This document shows, piece after piece, positions 1-7,983 of a DNA stretch of 58,060 nt. Under the pieces are notes generated by a model. That model was given only the letters and a program-made list of their open reading frames with translations, had not been told where the DNA came from and made no database searches. The stretch is taken from IMG/VR virus record IMGVR_UViG_3300011444_000012, positions 1-58,060 of that record. One strand, given 5' to 3'. Numbering within the stretch: the stretch's first letter is position 1; each line of letters begins with the position of its first letter. The stretch comes from a virus (taxonomy: Duplodnaviria; Caudoviricetes). The translations under genes were made by a program, and so were the position numbers.

Positions 1-21
1 AACCAGTATAAGATTGATCTA

Positions 22-336
22 ATGGCCTTGTGTAAGGTGAAGCGGTTTAAGCTGCCCTCACAGGGGCTTTGTATTAAGTTCTATATACCGATGCCTAGAA
101 CCTGGAGAAAGTGGCAGCGTGAGGCTATGAATGGCAAACTGCATCGGAATAAGCCGGATATTGACAACTTATTGAAAGCTGTCTTTGATAGTTTGATCTC
201 TGAAGATAAGTTCATAGGGCATATTGGAGAAGTATCTAAGCATTGGACAGATGCAGAAAGAGGATGGATTGAGTTTGAAATAAAAAAAGCCCCCTATATG
301 GAGGCTGAATTTCCTAAGAAGAAGCCGAAAGCCTAA
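22..336 (+). CDS. rusA: RusA-family Holliday junction resolvase
   Basis: KPDIDNLLKAVFDSL..ED motif and FYIPMP strand typical of RusA. Confidence 0.85.
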   Translation: MALCKVKRFKLPSQGLCIKFYIPMPRTWRKWQREAMNGKLHRNKPDIDNLLKAVFDSLISEDKFIGHIGEVSKHWTDAERGWIEFEIKKAPYMEAEFPKKKPKA

Positions 337-1004
337 TTATACGTTTCTAAGATGTTATTTCTCTCTTGGATGGCTCTAATAAGCCGTAAGTGCAGGTTAT
401 CTTGTATCCTTTTGTCCTGTTTTACTGTTATTATCTTGATTTGCTTTTCTTTGGAGCGCATTCTTTCGTCAAATGATACGAAATCCCACTCTTTAGCCCC
501 TGTTATCATCATTAAGTTCTGTATTTGGACGTATGCTTGCTTGTAGTTTTGGGAAATATCCCATTGATCCTTCCATTTTAACCTATCGAAGTGGTACATC
601 GGGTTCTTGGGACACTTTATTTCTGCTCCAAAGTCAACTTGTTTGGTAATACTATCGGGGCTACCACCAGAATTGCCCTTTAATGCCTCATATTCGATGA
701 ATAATGGGTTTTCTGCACCTAAATACACCATTTCGGTGTTCCTGGTAGTGGTTATGTATCTTTCGTAAGCCGGATATTCATATATTTTACCATGCAGTAA
801 TGATTTTACTTCTTCTAGTTCCGGTCTTTCCCACATTACAGTAAACATTTCAAGTGCTTTTTGCTTTATATACGTCCATGCGCCATCCCCAAACACTTCT
901 CCTTTGGCATTATTGCTTAATAACTTGTAATTTTCAGAAGCGGTGAACTTACTCCACCGTTCTGAATACCATTTATCTACTGTATCGTTTATTTCGTTGA
1001 ACAT
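333..1004 (-). CDS. YqaJ/lambda-exonuclease family nuclease
   Basis: RWSKFTASE, GSPD, EIKCP, QIQ..M..TGA..WDFVSFD motifs. Confidence 0.88.
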   Translation of the reverse strand: MFNEINDTVDKWYSERWSKFTASENYKLLSNNAKGEVFGDGAWTYIKQKALEMFTVMWERPELEEVKSLLHGKIYEYPAYERYITTTRNTEMVYLGAENPLFIEYEALKGNSGGSPDSITKQVDFGAEIKCPKNPMYHFDRLKWKDQWDISQNYKQAYVQIQNLMMITGAKEWDFVSFDERMRSKEKQIKIITVKQDKRIQDNLHLRLIRAIQERNNILETYN

Positions 1005-2138
1005 TTAATATGCTTTTAAGGATAAAATTTCATCCAATTTAGTCTTAGCGGCAAGAGCCACTTTCCGGTATTGCCCGCTTTTGAATGCAGGTACATGGAT
1101 TTTAGCTACTTCACCTAAGAAATGATCTAATAAGGCTTTATCTCCAGCTTTGGCAAGTTCTTCTGCTTTGCGCTGTTCTTCCTGTTGACGTTTGATTTCA
1201 GCCTGTTTCTGTTCTGCTTCCATGCGTTCACGCTCTCTTTTGGCGGCTTCTTCTGTAATGCGCTTTTCTTCAGCCGCTTTACGGGCTTCGTGCTTTCCTT
1301 TCATAGAATCAACGAATGAAAGAAATGTTTCTTCTTCCATTGCCCATAAGCCATCCATATTTACATATTCATCTTTGGGGCTGTAATACTGGTATATAAC
1401 CTGAAGCCTTTTATTCTGAAGTTCATCCTGTTTGCGCCTTTCTGCACGTTCAGATTCTTCTTTTTGGCGGCTAAAAGCTTCTTGCTGCTCCTTAAATTCT
1501 CTCTGTTGCCTTATTAATTCTTCATGCTGACGTTTCATTTCGGCTTCTTTTTCAGCTTTGATCCGGTCTTGTTCTACCCTTTCTGCTTCTGCTTTATGGT
1601 ATTCTTCAACGAACTTGGGGAATATTTCTTCTACCCAAACTTGTTCGCTTGATTCTTTTACAAGGTTGCTTTCAATGTAAGTATCCCCTAAAGCGAAGCA
1701 ATTATCATGGTACAAAGCACCCATCTTGGTCAATGCCTGCATACGGCTCATATAGGCTTCTTCCTGCCTTCTTTTTTCAGCATCCTTCTTCCGGTTCACT
1801 TCATCATCAAAAGCCTGAATTTCGGCATCTAACGGGCTTTCTACCTCTGCAATCTTATTGCACACTTCCTTTTCTTTGGCAACCCAAAGCTTCTGAATCT
1901 TAACAGCGTCTTCCCTACCTGCCTTGCAGATTTTGACTGTCAATATCCTAACCTTAGCCACTTCCTTTACGGCTTCTTTGATCTCCAGGTACTTCTCTTT
2001 GTCTTCCAAAGTGCGAAGCTTTAAGTCTTTGTACTTGTCTTTAAGGGTGGCAATTACTGAATCTGTAACATTATGCTTTACTAAGCTTTCTTCAATTACT
2101 GAATTAAGTGGGTTTTCTACTAATAGTTCTTGTTCCAT
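1005..2138 (-). CDS. Coiled-coil phage protein of the recombination module
   Basis: 377-aa E/K/R/Q-rich ORF directly upstream of the exonuclease. Confidence 0.7.
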   Translation of the reverse strand: MEQELLVENPLNSVIEESLVKHNVTDSVIATLKDKYKDLKLRTLEDKEKYLEIKEAVKEVAKVRILTVKICKAGREDAVKIQKLWVAKEKEVCNKIAEVESPLDAEIQAFDDEVNRKKDAEKRRQEEAYMSRMQALTKMGALYHDNCFALGDTYIESNLVKESSEQVWVEEIFPKFVEEYHKAEAERVEQDRIKAEKEAEMKRQHEELIRQQREFKEQQEAFSRQKEESERAERRKQDELQNKRLQVIYQYYSPKDEYVNMDGLWAMEEETFLSFVDSMKGKHEARKAAEEKRITEEAAKRERERMEAEQKQAEIKRQQEEQRKAEELAKAGDKALLDHFLGEVAKIHVPAFKSGQYRKVALAAKTKLDEILSLKAY

Positions 2139-2143
2139 AGTTT

Positions 2144-2260
2144 TTATTTCTTTTTTAGTTGATTTCTTTTTTTACCGCAGCAAGGTTTTGGCTTTGGTTT
2201 GCTTACTACTATTATTATTTCTTTTGGATTAGTTAGGGGGTTATTGCTTTTCGTTTCCAT
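2144..2260 (-). CDS. Possible 38-aa basic peptide (METKSNNP...KPCCGKKRNQLKKK)
   Basis: Hand-translated; fills the gap between two minus-strand genes; below the ORF-track cutoff. Confidence 0.35.
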   Translation of the reverse strand: METKSNNPLTNPKEIIIVVSKPKPKPCCGKKRNQLKKK

Positions 2261-2269
2261 AGTGGGATG

Positions 2270-2839
2270 TTATTTTTTATTATAGGCTTTTTTCATACCA
2301 TTGAAACTTGATTCTGATAAAGCATTGGTTATTTCCATAATAGAATCAATCTCTTTTTTTTTGATTTCTATTTTAATGGACGATATGAGTTCTTCTTTAG
2401 CCGTGAGTTCTTTCCACTTATTATGATAAGTTAATTGAAGTTTAGGATTCATGCCAGCCAGTATTTCAAATGATTTTAGTTCTTCTACTGTCTTACAGGC
2501 TTGTATCTGATCTTCTATTGGAACTGGTTTTATTTTTTCTGGTATTATTTCCAATGCTTCAAGTCTTTTATCAATATCCGCTTGGGTTATCTTTCCAACT
2601 TCATAAAAATTCCTTTCTTCTTTATCTAACTGTCTTACTACATCAAAGTTTAATGATGTTTCTACTTTGGGGTAGTGTAATTTAAAGTTATAAGATATAT
2701 CTTCTCTTGCTTGGTCAATGGCAGCATTAACGTTATCAAACTGTTCAAGTTCTTTTGTTACAGAAATCTTTTCCATTATAAACTTATCATCGTTCATTAT
2801 ATGAAAGTTTCTTTCTACTGTTATGGAAGTTGTTTTCAT
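2270..2839 (-). CDS. Hypothetical protein
   Basis: 189-aa ORF in a tightly packed minus-strand operon. Confidence 0.7.
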   Translation of the reverse strand: MKTTSITVERNFHIMNDDKFIMEKISVTKELEQFDNVNAAIDQAREDISYNFKLHYPKVETSLNFDVVRQLDKEERNFYEVGKITQADIDKRLEALEIIPEKIKPVPIEDQIQACKTVEELKSFEILAGMNPKLQLTYHNKWKELTAKEELISSIKIEIKKKEIDSIMEITNALSESSFNGMKKAYNKK

Positions 2840-2841
2840 TG

Positions 2842-3066
2842 TTATTTCTTTTGAGTTGTGTCAATTTGTGCTTGGTATTGGCTTTGAATGACTGCCTGGA
2901 TTTCTTTTACTTGTAGATGTGGTGCGGTGGATTGATCCATCACTTGCCATAAAAGCTGTACCTGTGCATCTGTAAGTTTAAATGTGTAATCCTTTGGTGG
3001 CATCCCTGAAATAAATATGATACCTAACATTATTATTGTTACTATAGCTGCAAATATGTTCTTCAT
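2842..3066 (-). CDS. Small secreted or membrane-anchored protein
   Basis: N-terminal MKNIF plus hydrophobic stretch; C-terminal DTT sequon. Confidence 0.65.
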   Translation of the reverse strand: MKNIFAAIVTIIMLGIIFISGMPPKDYTFKLTDAQVQLLWQVMDQSTAPHLQVKEIQAVIQSQYQAQIDTTQKK

Positions 3067-3377
3067 GGTTGTTCTCCGTGATTTTTGATTATATAAATTG
3101 AATCTAATGGTTTATCTAGAAAAATAGTATCCGATGATGTAGTCCAAATGACAGTATCAACCCATTTGGTTGGGTAGCAAAAATTGGCGTAAATACTATC
3201 CCCTCTATAAATTAATTGGATACTATCATACCCTGTTGTTTTTCTCCAATCATTAGGCATAGCTATTAACTTGTCATGCATCCTAAAGTCATACTTGCTA
3301 TCAATCTTCTCCTTACACCCAATAAGTAACATTGCTATTGTTAATATGACTGAATATGCTGCAAATAGTTTCTTCAT
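3063..3377 (-). CDS. Putative lipoprotein
   Basis: MKK, hydrophobic core, lipobox LLIG-C; five D-[ST]-[IV] sequons. Confidence 0.75.
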   Translation of the reverse strand: MKKLFAAYSVILTIAMLLIGCKEKIDSKYDFRMHDKLIAMPNDWRKTTGYDSIQLIYRGDSIYANFCYPTKWVDTVIWTTSSDTIFLDKPLDSIYIIKNHGEQP

Positions 3378-3613
3378 TTTGGTTCTATTGTTAAACGGTT
3401 ATTTTTAAATAAGCCGACCCCGCTAAGAGTAGCTTTTAGGTTAAGATTGTTTTCTTTGATTACTCTTTGTGCTTCTTCTAGTGGGTATCCATTGCTCCAG
3501 GGGGATACGTTATATACCAATTCATCTCCAAGATCATTCAGGTTGGTAGAATAGAATTTACGCCGGAAGTCTGCTAGTGCTGCTTGTACGTCTGTTTCTT
3601 GTTCTTGTGTCAT
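3374..3613 (-). CDS. Hypothetical protein
   Basis: 79-aa ORF with ATGA overlaps on both sides. Confidence 0.7.
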   Translation of the reverse strand: MTQEQETDVQAALADFRRKFYSTNLNDLGDELVYNVSPWSNGYPLEEAQRVIKENNLNLKATLSGVGLFKNNRLTIEPK

Positions 3614-3858
3614 GCTACGTGTGGTTTATATTTTTCAGTAAGGTAATCTTTGAAGCGTACCCATAGTTCTGTTTTATCTACTGTTTGAGCATCTTCATCA
3701 AACCCATGCAATCCCATAAGGCTTACCATCATATCATTTCTATCAGTAGTAAAGATTAGGTAATCTTCGCTGCAAGCCTTTACAAATTCTTCCAATAGCT
3801 CCGCTTTAATTTCAGCATCACATGGAGCATCTATGATAGCTTTTAGTTTGTGTTTCAT
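3610..3858 (-). CDS. Hypothetical protein
   Basis: 82-aa ORF translationally coupled to the next gene. Confidence 0.7.
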   Translation of the reverse strand: MKHKLKAIIDAPCDAEIKAELLEEFVKACSEDYLIFTTDRNDMMVSLMGLHGFDEDAQTVDKTELWVRFKDYLTEKYKPHVA

Positions 3859-3877
3859 TTTGGTATCGTGTTTTTGA

Positions 3878-4084
3878 TTAAACGTTATTAACCTCTGGTT
3901 GTTGTATCATCGCTTTATATGGCATCCAATAAGTTATTGCCATGTCTTTAGAATAAGCTACAACATAGGATTCAATCAATACCGCAAGTGTTGTTTTGTC
4001 TTTTTTTGCTTTCCTCATAGCTTTTCTGTACGTCTTATCGGCTATTTTATAGCTACGTGCGTTTCTTTTTTCTTTCACTTTCAT
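3878..4084 (-). CDS. Ribbon-helix-helix-like DNA-binding protein, probably leaderless (start revised to ATG 4084)
   Basis: RSYKIADKTYRKAMRKAKKDKTTLAVLIESYV pattern; ATG lies 3 nt after TACGTTTG. Confidence 0.6.
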   Translation of the reverse strand: MKVKEKRNARSYKIADKTYRKAMRKAKKDKTTLAVLIESYVVAYSKDMAITYWMPYKAMIQQPEVNNV

Positions 4085-4087
4085 ACA

Positions 4088-4119
4088 CAAACGTAATACG
4101 TATTTCGTATTTCACCAAA
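4088..4119 (-). promoter_or_regulatory. Bacteroidetes sigma-A promoter TTTG-N20-TACGTTTG
   Basis: Exact -33/-7 consensus; TACG direct repeats in the spacer may be an operator. Confidence 0.75.
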
Positions 4120-4143
4120 TTATTTTCAATAAATATTTTTAAC

Positions 4144-4151
4144 TACCTTTG
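4144..4151 (+). promoter_or_regulatory. -7 box TACCTTTG
   Basis: Consensus TAnnTTTG ending 23 nt upstream of ATG 4175. Confidence 0.6.
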
Positions 4152-4174
4152 AAACAACTAAAAACTAACAAGCC

Positions 4175-4345
4175 ATGTCATTAGTAGCACTATTAATTTT
4201 TTTGATTATTCTGGTAGCGATCTGTTACTGCGTAGCCTTATTGCCTATTGATGTAACCTTAAAGCGAGTATTGGGTATTGTAATCTTCTTGATTGCTCTA
4301 CTTTATATATTACAGAAGTTTGGGTTGGTAAGCTATATAAATTAA
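4175..4345 (+). CDS. 56-aa two-TM membrane protein (Thivi_2564-like)
   Basis: Hand-translated MSLVALLIFLIILVAICYCVALLPIDVTLKRVLGIVIFLIALLYILQKFGLVSYIN; has its own promoter and a downstream hairpin; missing from the ORF track. Confidence 0.75.
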   Translation: MSLVALLIFLIILVAICYCVALLPIDVTLKRVLGIVIFLIALLYILQKFGLVSYIN

Positions 4346-4428
4346 AAAAGGGCTGTTATCGTAGCTAATGATAACAGCCCACACTTTTGAAACTTCGAAA
4401 GAAAACCCAATAACCTATGAATACATGA
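4344..4428 (-). ncRNA. Candidate sRNA A (~85 nt)
   Basis: TATCTTTG at 4434-4441; terminator GGGCTGTTATC/GATAACAGCCC (4350-4380) plus U6; no plausible ORF. Confidence 0.55.
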
Positions 4429-4440
4429 TGTGACAAAGAT

Positions 4441-4518
4441 AAAAAACCTGATCTATATTTTACATAGATCAGGTAAGAAATTTTCTTTAGTTATTTCTTA
4501 TGGTTTACTTGTACTAAG
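4441..4518 (-). ncRNA. Candidate sRNA B (~78 nt)
   Basis: TATATTTG at 4524-4531; terminator ACCTGATCTAT/ATAGATCAGGT (4446-4474) plus U-tract. Confidence 0.55.
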
Positions 4519-4563
4519 GACTGCAAATATACGGGATGTCGTGAAACGGGACACCCCCTAAAT

Positions 4564-4646
4564 AAAAAAGGGGAATATGAATATATCCCCCGAAAGTACC
4601 AAAACAATAATAAATAACTATTAGAGCTTATGAGTACCGCAATATT
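4564..4646 (-). ncRNA. 3'-UTR element / candidate sRNA C containing CTCATAAGCTC and a terminator
   Basis: GGGG/CCCC hairpin 4570-4591 plus U6; motif shared with 24221-24231. Confidence 0.45.
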
Positions 4647-4841
4647 TTAATTAAGCGTTATTACTTCTGAATGGTCGTTGACGAATGCGAAAGTAACTAT
4701 TTCGTCATTTCCAACAACTATATTTATTCTTGTACCATTTTCCAGGTTCTTCGCTATTTTCCAACAATCCAATAAGAAATCACTAAACTCATTCTCGGTA
4801 CAATTAAGGTCTTTGTGCGTTAGTTTTTTGGCTTGGTTCAT
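4647..4841 (-). CDS. Hypothetical protein, probably leaderless
   Basis: 64-aa ORF; TAACTTTA lies 4 nt before the ATG. Confidence 0.65.
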   Translation of the reverse strand: MNQAKKLTHKDLNCTENEFSDFLLDCWKIAKNLENGTRINIVVGNDEIVTFAFVNDHSEVITLN

Positions 4842-4855
4842 ACAATAAAGTTAAA

Positions 4856-4925
4856 CAAAATAACCTCCGAACATGAAAATGAAGGAGGTATTGACTACAT
4901 GAAGTGATTTAAACAATGAAAAACC
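4856..4925 (-). ncRNA. Candidate sRNA D (~70 nt)
   Basis: Variant -7 box TAATTTTA at 4930-4937; hairpin ACCTCC/GGAGGT followed by TATTTT. Confidence 0.35.
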
Positions 4926-4938
4926 TTCATAAAATTAC

Positions 4939-4969
4939 AAAAAAAGCAGCAAGTGAGCCTACCTACTGC
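4939..4969 (-). terminator. Intrinsic terminator
   Basis: GCAGTAGGT/ACTTGCTGC stem (G-U pairs form only on the minus strand) plus U7. Confidence 0.7.
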
Positions 4970-4992
4970 CTTAAGATGAAAAATCAAAATAC

Positions 4993-5307
4993 TTATTCAG
5001 GAATTGATATTAGCCAACTGTAGTATTTATCGGCAGTGGCTATAATATTTATTCCGCCACCTAATTGCCCTTGATTTAAAGAAGTTGCCCTTCTCATTAC
5101 CTCTGTATTGTTTTCTGCATGAGCCATTTCTAAAGCTCTCTTTCTGCAATCTTGTTTGTAACGGGCAAATTCTGTTTTCTGCTTTTGCTGTTCAACATTA
5201 ATTGTGGCTTGCTTTTGTGCTTCGGCGGGATCATAAACAGGCATTTGGTTAGATTTCCTTACTCTATTTAAATCTTCGGCTGCTTTAAAAGCATTTTGAA
5301 TACTCAT
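4993..5307 (-). CDS. Hypothetical protein
   Basis: 104-aa ORF with its own TACATTTG box (5338-5345) and terminator. Confidence 0.75.
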   Translation of the reverse strand: MSIQNAFKAAEDLNRVRKSNQMPVYDPAEAQKQATINVEQQKQKTEFARYKQDCRKRALEMAHAENNTEVMRRATSLNQGQLGGGINIIATADKYYSWLISIPE

Positions 5308-5348
5308 AAAATTTATTTTACTTTTTAATTAATACCTCAAATGTAAGC

Positions 5349-5572
5349 AAAAAAAATGCGTTACTGGTCGTAATAGTAACGCAAGTAGAAGGGTGAGGTC
5401 GCATTAAAACCAAAAACCTAACTTCCAAAAAGTTTTTCAACAACCACTATGCCAAACAATTAACTTATCGGGGGCTTTTATGCTATATATAAAATAAAAA
5501 AAAGTGTCGTAAGACTGACAGGTTATAGAAAAGAAATGTAGTTCTCGTAGCCCACAAAAAGGGCAGATACGG
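5349..5572 (-). ncRNA. Candidate sRNA E (one or two RNAs)
   Basis: TATCTTTG at 5578-5585; weak hairpin plus U8 near 5496-5520; strong terminator TGCGTTACT/AGTAACGCA (5357-5383) plus U8. Confidence 0.4.
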
Positions 5573-5994
5573 TAAGCCAAAGATAAAGTTACACATATCA
5601 AATAACCAAATAAAAAAGCCAACACTACTAAATAACTCGTTAAAGCAAAGAACAACTACATAAACCCATAAACAAAGAAATACTGTCTAGCTGTGCGTAG
5701 GTGCGGTAACGCATATTTTGCGGGTGGCCTTTTCTTTTTGGGGAATTGTGAATTTGACAGGCCGGCCATGCCTGGTTTTGCTTTTCACTTTTAGTTTGCC
5801 ATTAATGTATATACTATATTGTTGTTTGCTGTTCAGGATTGAAAGCTACTTCTATTTGGCATTTTAAAGCTGCTGTTGCCTATATAGGGGAATGATCTAT
5901 GTATTGGTATTGCTTGCGAGTAATAGTGGTACTGGTATTGAGTTATACAGGTTGTTTCCTTAAAGTAACAATAGTTTGTTACCTTCGCAACACT

Positions 5995-6195
5995 ATGAAT
6001 AGAGTTAATCAATATACTAAAGTGGACCGTTTACCATTTGGAGCTATGAACATTGAGGAATATGCAGCTAATTTAGGAGTAAGTAAGAATGCTATTTATA
6101 ACACATGGAGAAGAAAAGGTAAACTGGATGGATATGTAATAGTGGTTTTTAAAGGTTTTAATTTTGTGGTGGAAGAAGGGTGTAAGGATAAATAA
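5995..6195 (+). CDS. Small helix-turn-helix protein (start revised to 5995)
   Basis: MNIEEYAANLGVSKNAIYNTWRR HTH; TACCTTCG box just upstream. Confidence 0.7.
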   Translation: MNRVNQYTKVDRLPFGAMNIEEYAANLGVSKNAIYNTWRRKGKLDGYVIVVFKGFNFVVEEGCKDK

Positions 6196-6221
6196 AGGTA
6201 GAAAAATAACGTAACGATTTA

Positions 6222-6253
6222 TTTGGTGAGTTAGAAAAGTTACGTTACGTTTG
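6222..6253 (+). promoter_or_regulatory. Bacteroidetes sigma-A promoter TTTG-N20-TACGTTTG
   Basis: Exact consensus; overlapped by the inverted repeat TAACGTAAC/GTTACGTTA. Confidence 0.75.
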
Positions 6254-6257
6254 CAGT

Positions 6258-6530
6258 ATGAAACAATGTTTGGTATGTGGGGTTGAATTTGAGCCTAAGA
6301 ACCCGAAAGGAGTTTTTTGTTCAAATAAATGCCGCCAAAAAGAACATAGAAGCCGTGTGAATGAATTATTGGCTGAAGCAAGAAAAGGCAAGATTGTTTC
6401 GGTAAAAATTGGAAAAGCGAAAGAGCAACCCAAAGCTGAAATTAAAATAGAATCCCCGCCCAAAAAGCAGCCACCAACAGAAAGTAGGGTATATATGAAT
6501 GATGCGATTAGAAAAAAACTTGGACTTTAA
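6258..6530 (+). CDS. Zn-finger protein, probably leaderless
   Basis: CLVCG..F......FCSNKCR motif. Confidence 0.75.
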   Translation: MKQCLVCGVEFEPKNPKGVFCSNKCRQKEHRSRVNELLAEARKGKIVSVKIGKAKEQPKAEIKIESPPKKQPPTESRVYMNDAIRKKLGL

Positions 6531-6542
6531 AACTAATAATAT

Positions 6543-6758
6543 ATGAAAATAAAAGATTTATCAATCGTGGATTTATATACTTTATATCAGTTTTGGGCTA
6601 GCATGGAGAAAGCTGAAATGAAATCAAAAAATAGTGAATTAGTGGAAGAAATTAAAAGCATTATAGAAACAGAACTTTTTGACCGTTCAACAGATGTAGA
6701 TGAAATATCTGATGCTTTTAGCGCATTTTTTAACGCCGAAGTAAAACAAACAGTATGA
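6543..6758 (+). CDS. Hypothetical protein
   Basis: 71-aa ORF with A-rich start context. Confidence 0.7.
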   Translation: MKIKDLSIVDLYTLYQFWASMEKAEMKSKNSELVEEIKSIIETELFDRSTDVDEISDAFSAFFNAEVKQTV

Positions 6759-6904
6759 ATATGCAAATTAAATTTAGATGGAAAAATAATCATTCCCTTG
6801 TTGAGATTTACCGCGAAGATTATAAGCAGAGTTATGAAGCATGGCTTTGTTATTATGACCATTGTGATTATTGGGAACGATTCTAAAACAAACAGTATGA
6901 ATAT
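6742..6904 (+). repeat. 21-bp perfect direct repeat TAAAACAAACAGTATGAATAT (6742-6762, 6884-6904)
   Basis: Read directly; each copy contains the start codon of a gene. Confidence 0.9.
6755..6886 (+). CDS. 43-aa aromatic-rich peptide
   Basis: Hand-translated MNMQIKFRWKNNHSLVEIYREDYKQSYEAWLCYYDHCDYWERF; ATGA overlap with the upstream gene. Confidence 0.55.
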   Translation: MNMQIKFRWKNNHSLVEIYREDYKQSYEAWLCYYDHCDYWERF

Positions 6905-7244
6905 AGAAAAAGAAATATTAGCCGCTCAACGGGAAATAATACAGGGATATTATATAAAAATATTTAACCAAAATCCTACCATTGAAATAATACTTCAATG
7001 GCTGGAAGATGATCTGAAATATTTGTTGCAAGAGGATGCGGTTGAAACGGTAAAGGATATTACAAATCCATTCAAAGCAGAACAAAAGCCTACCGAAGAT
7101 GAATTATGGGAAGGGATATTATTTGATTGTCAACAAAGATTTGATGATAAGTTTTTTGAATACGGTGTACCATATTGGGCTATTGCAGACTTTTTAGATA
7201 ATATTAGAAAAGAATATTCAATTATTAAAAAACAAAAAATATGA
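6897..7244 (+). CDS. Hypothetical protein (start revised to 6897)
   Basis: ATG lies inside the second direct-repeat copy. Confidence 0.7.
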   Translation: MNIEKEILAAQREIIQGYYIKIFNQNPTIEIILQWLEDDLKYLLQEDAVETVKDITNPFKAEQKPTEDELWEGILFDCQQRFDDKFFEYGVPYWAIADFLDNIRKEYSIIKKQKI

Positions 7245-7423
7245 AAGAGTTAAATGAAGCAGCACTAATTAGTTTTGGTAACTATTTGCTGTCAAAAGAA
7301 AGAGAAGATAGTTTTAGAAGTAATCCATCATTCCCCGATGGGCAACTATTGAAAGAAAGGTTGTCTGTTGTGCATGATTCTGATTTAAAAAACTGGTTTG
7401 AATATTCAATTACTAAGAAATGA
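7241..7423 (+). CDS. Hypothetical protein
   Basis: Coupled 60-aa ORF (LISFGNYLLS..R...V.DSDL.NW). Confidence 0.7.
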   Translation: MKELNEAALISFGNYLLSKEREDSFRSNPSFPDGQLLKERLSVVHDSDLKNWFEYSITKK

Positions 7424-7656
7424 AATATACCTACATAGTAAGCTGGACAATTACTATTATGGCTTATGTACCTTGTAAATCAGTTGATCTTATTGCGCCG
7501 CAAGTTGTGGGTATGGCTGATTATATCTGTTCAGAAACAGACGAAAAACATTTTAGTATCGGATTCTTAAATAGGGATTCAGCTTTACTTGTGTATAAAA
7601 GATGCATTAGTAATGATATAAGAACTGTTAAGTTGGATTCAATCGGATATAAATGA
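7420..7656 (+). CDS. Small exported or membrane protein
   Basis: Hydrophobic N-terminus; DSA and DSI sequons. Confidence 0.55.
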   Translation: MKYTYIVSWTITIMAYVPCKSVDLIAPQVVGMADYICSETDEKHFSIGFLNRDSALLVYKRCISNDIRTVKLDSIGYK

Positions 7657-7940
7657 GAGTAGCATTAATTGGCTTTATTATATTTTTGGCTGCTTGTAAG
7701 CCTACCGAAACCCAACAAACAGCGTATCCAGACTTCCCGAAACATATACGGCATGGCTACTATGCCCCGCTTGATACATTAGAGGTTAGATTCGGGAATG
7801 ATCTAAATTCAGGATTCAATATAACTCTACCTGATTCACTAATGATGCAGATATTTGATTCTCTTTCAGATAAAATTAAAGAGCAATTCATTATCTCGGA
7901 CAGCATCAAGCACTCTAAAACTCATTTTAAGACTATTTAA
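7653..7940 (+). CDS. Putative lipoprotein
   Basis: Lipobox FLAA-C; four D-[ST]-[LI] sequons. Confidence 0.75.
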   Translation: MRVALIGFIIFLAACKPTETQQTAYPDFPKHIRHGYYAPLDTLEVRFGNDLNSGFNITLPDSLMMQIFDSLSDKIKEQFIISDSIKHSKTHFKTI

Positions 7941-7983
7941 GACAGTCAACCAATTTTTGACACTCTGATACGTTTTTGATATT

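Noticed and set aside
4344-5585. CRISPR or mini-CRISPR array
   Set aside because: The hairpins differ in sequence; no identical repeats with regular spacers and no cas genes
5437-5655. 72-aa hydrophobic minus-strand ORF
   Set aside because: TTG start, hydrophobicity follows from T-rich composition, and it spans an internal promoter and U-tract; not fully excluded
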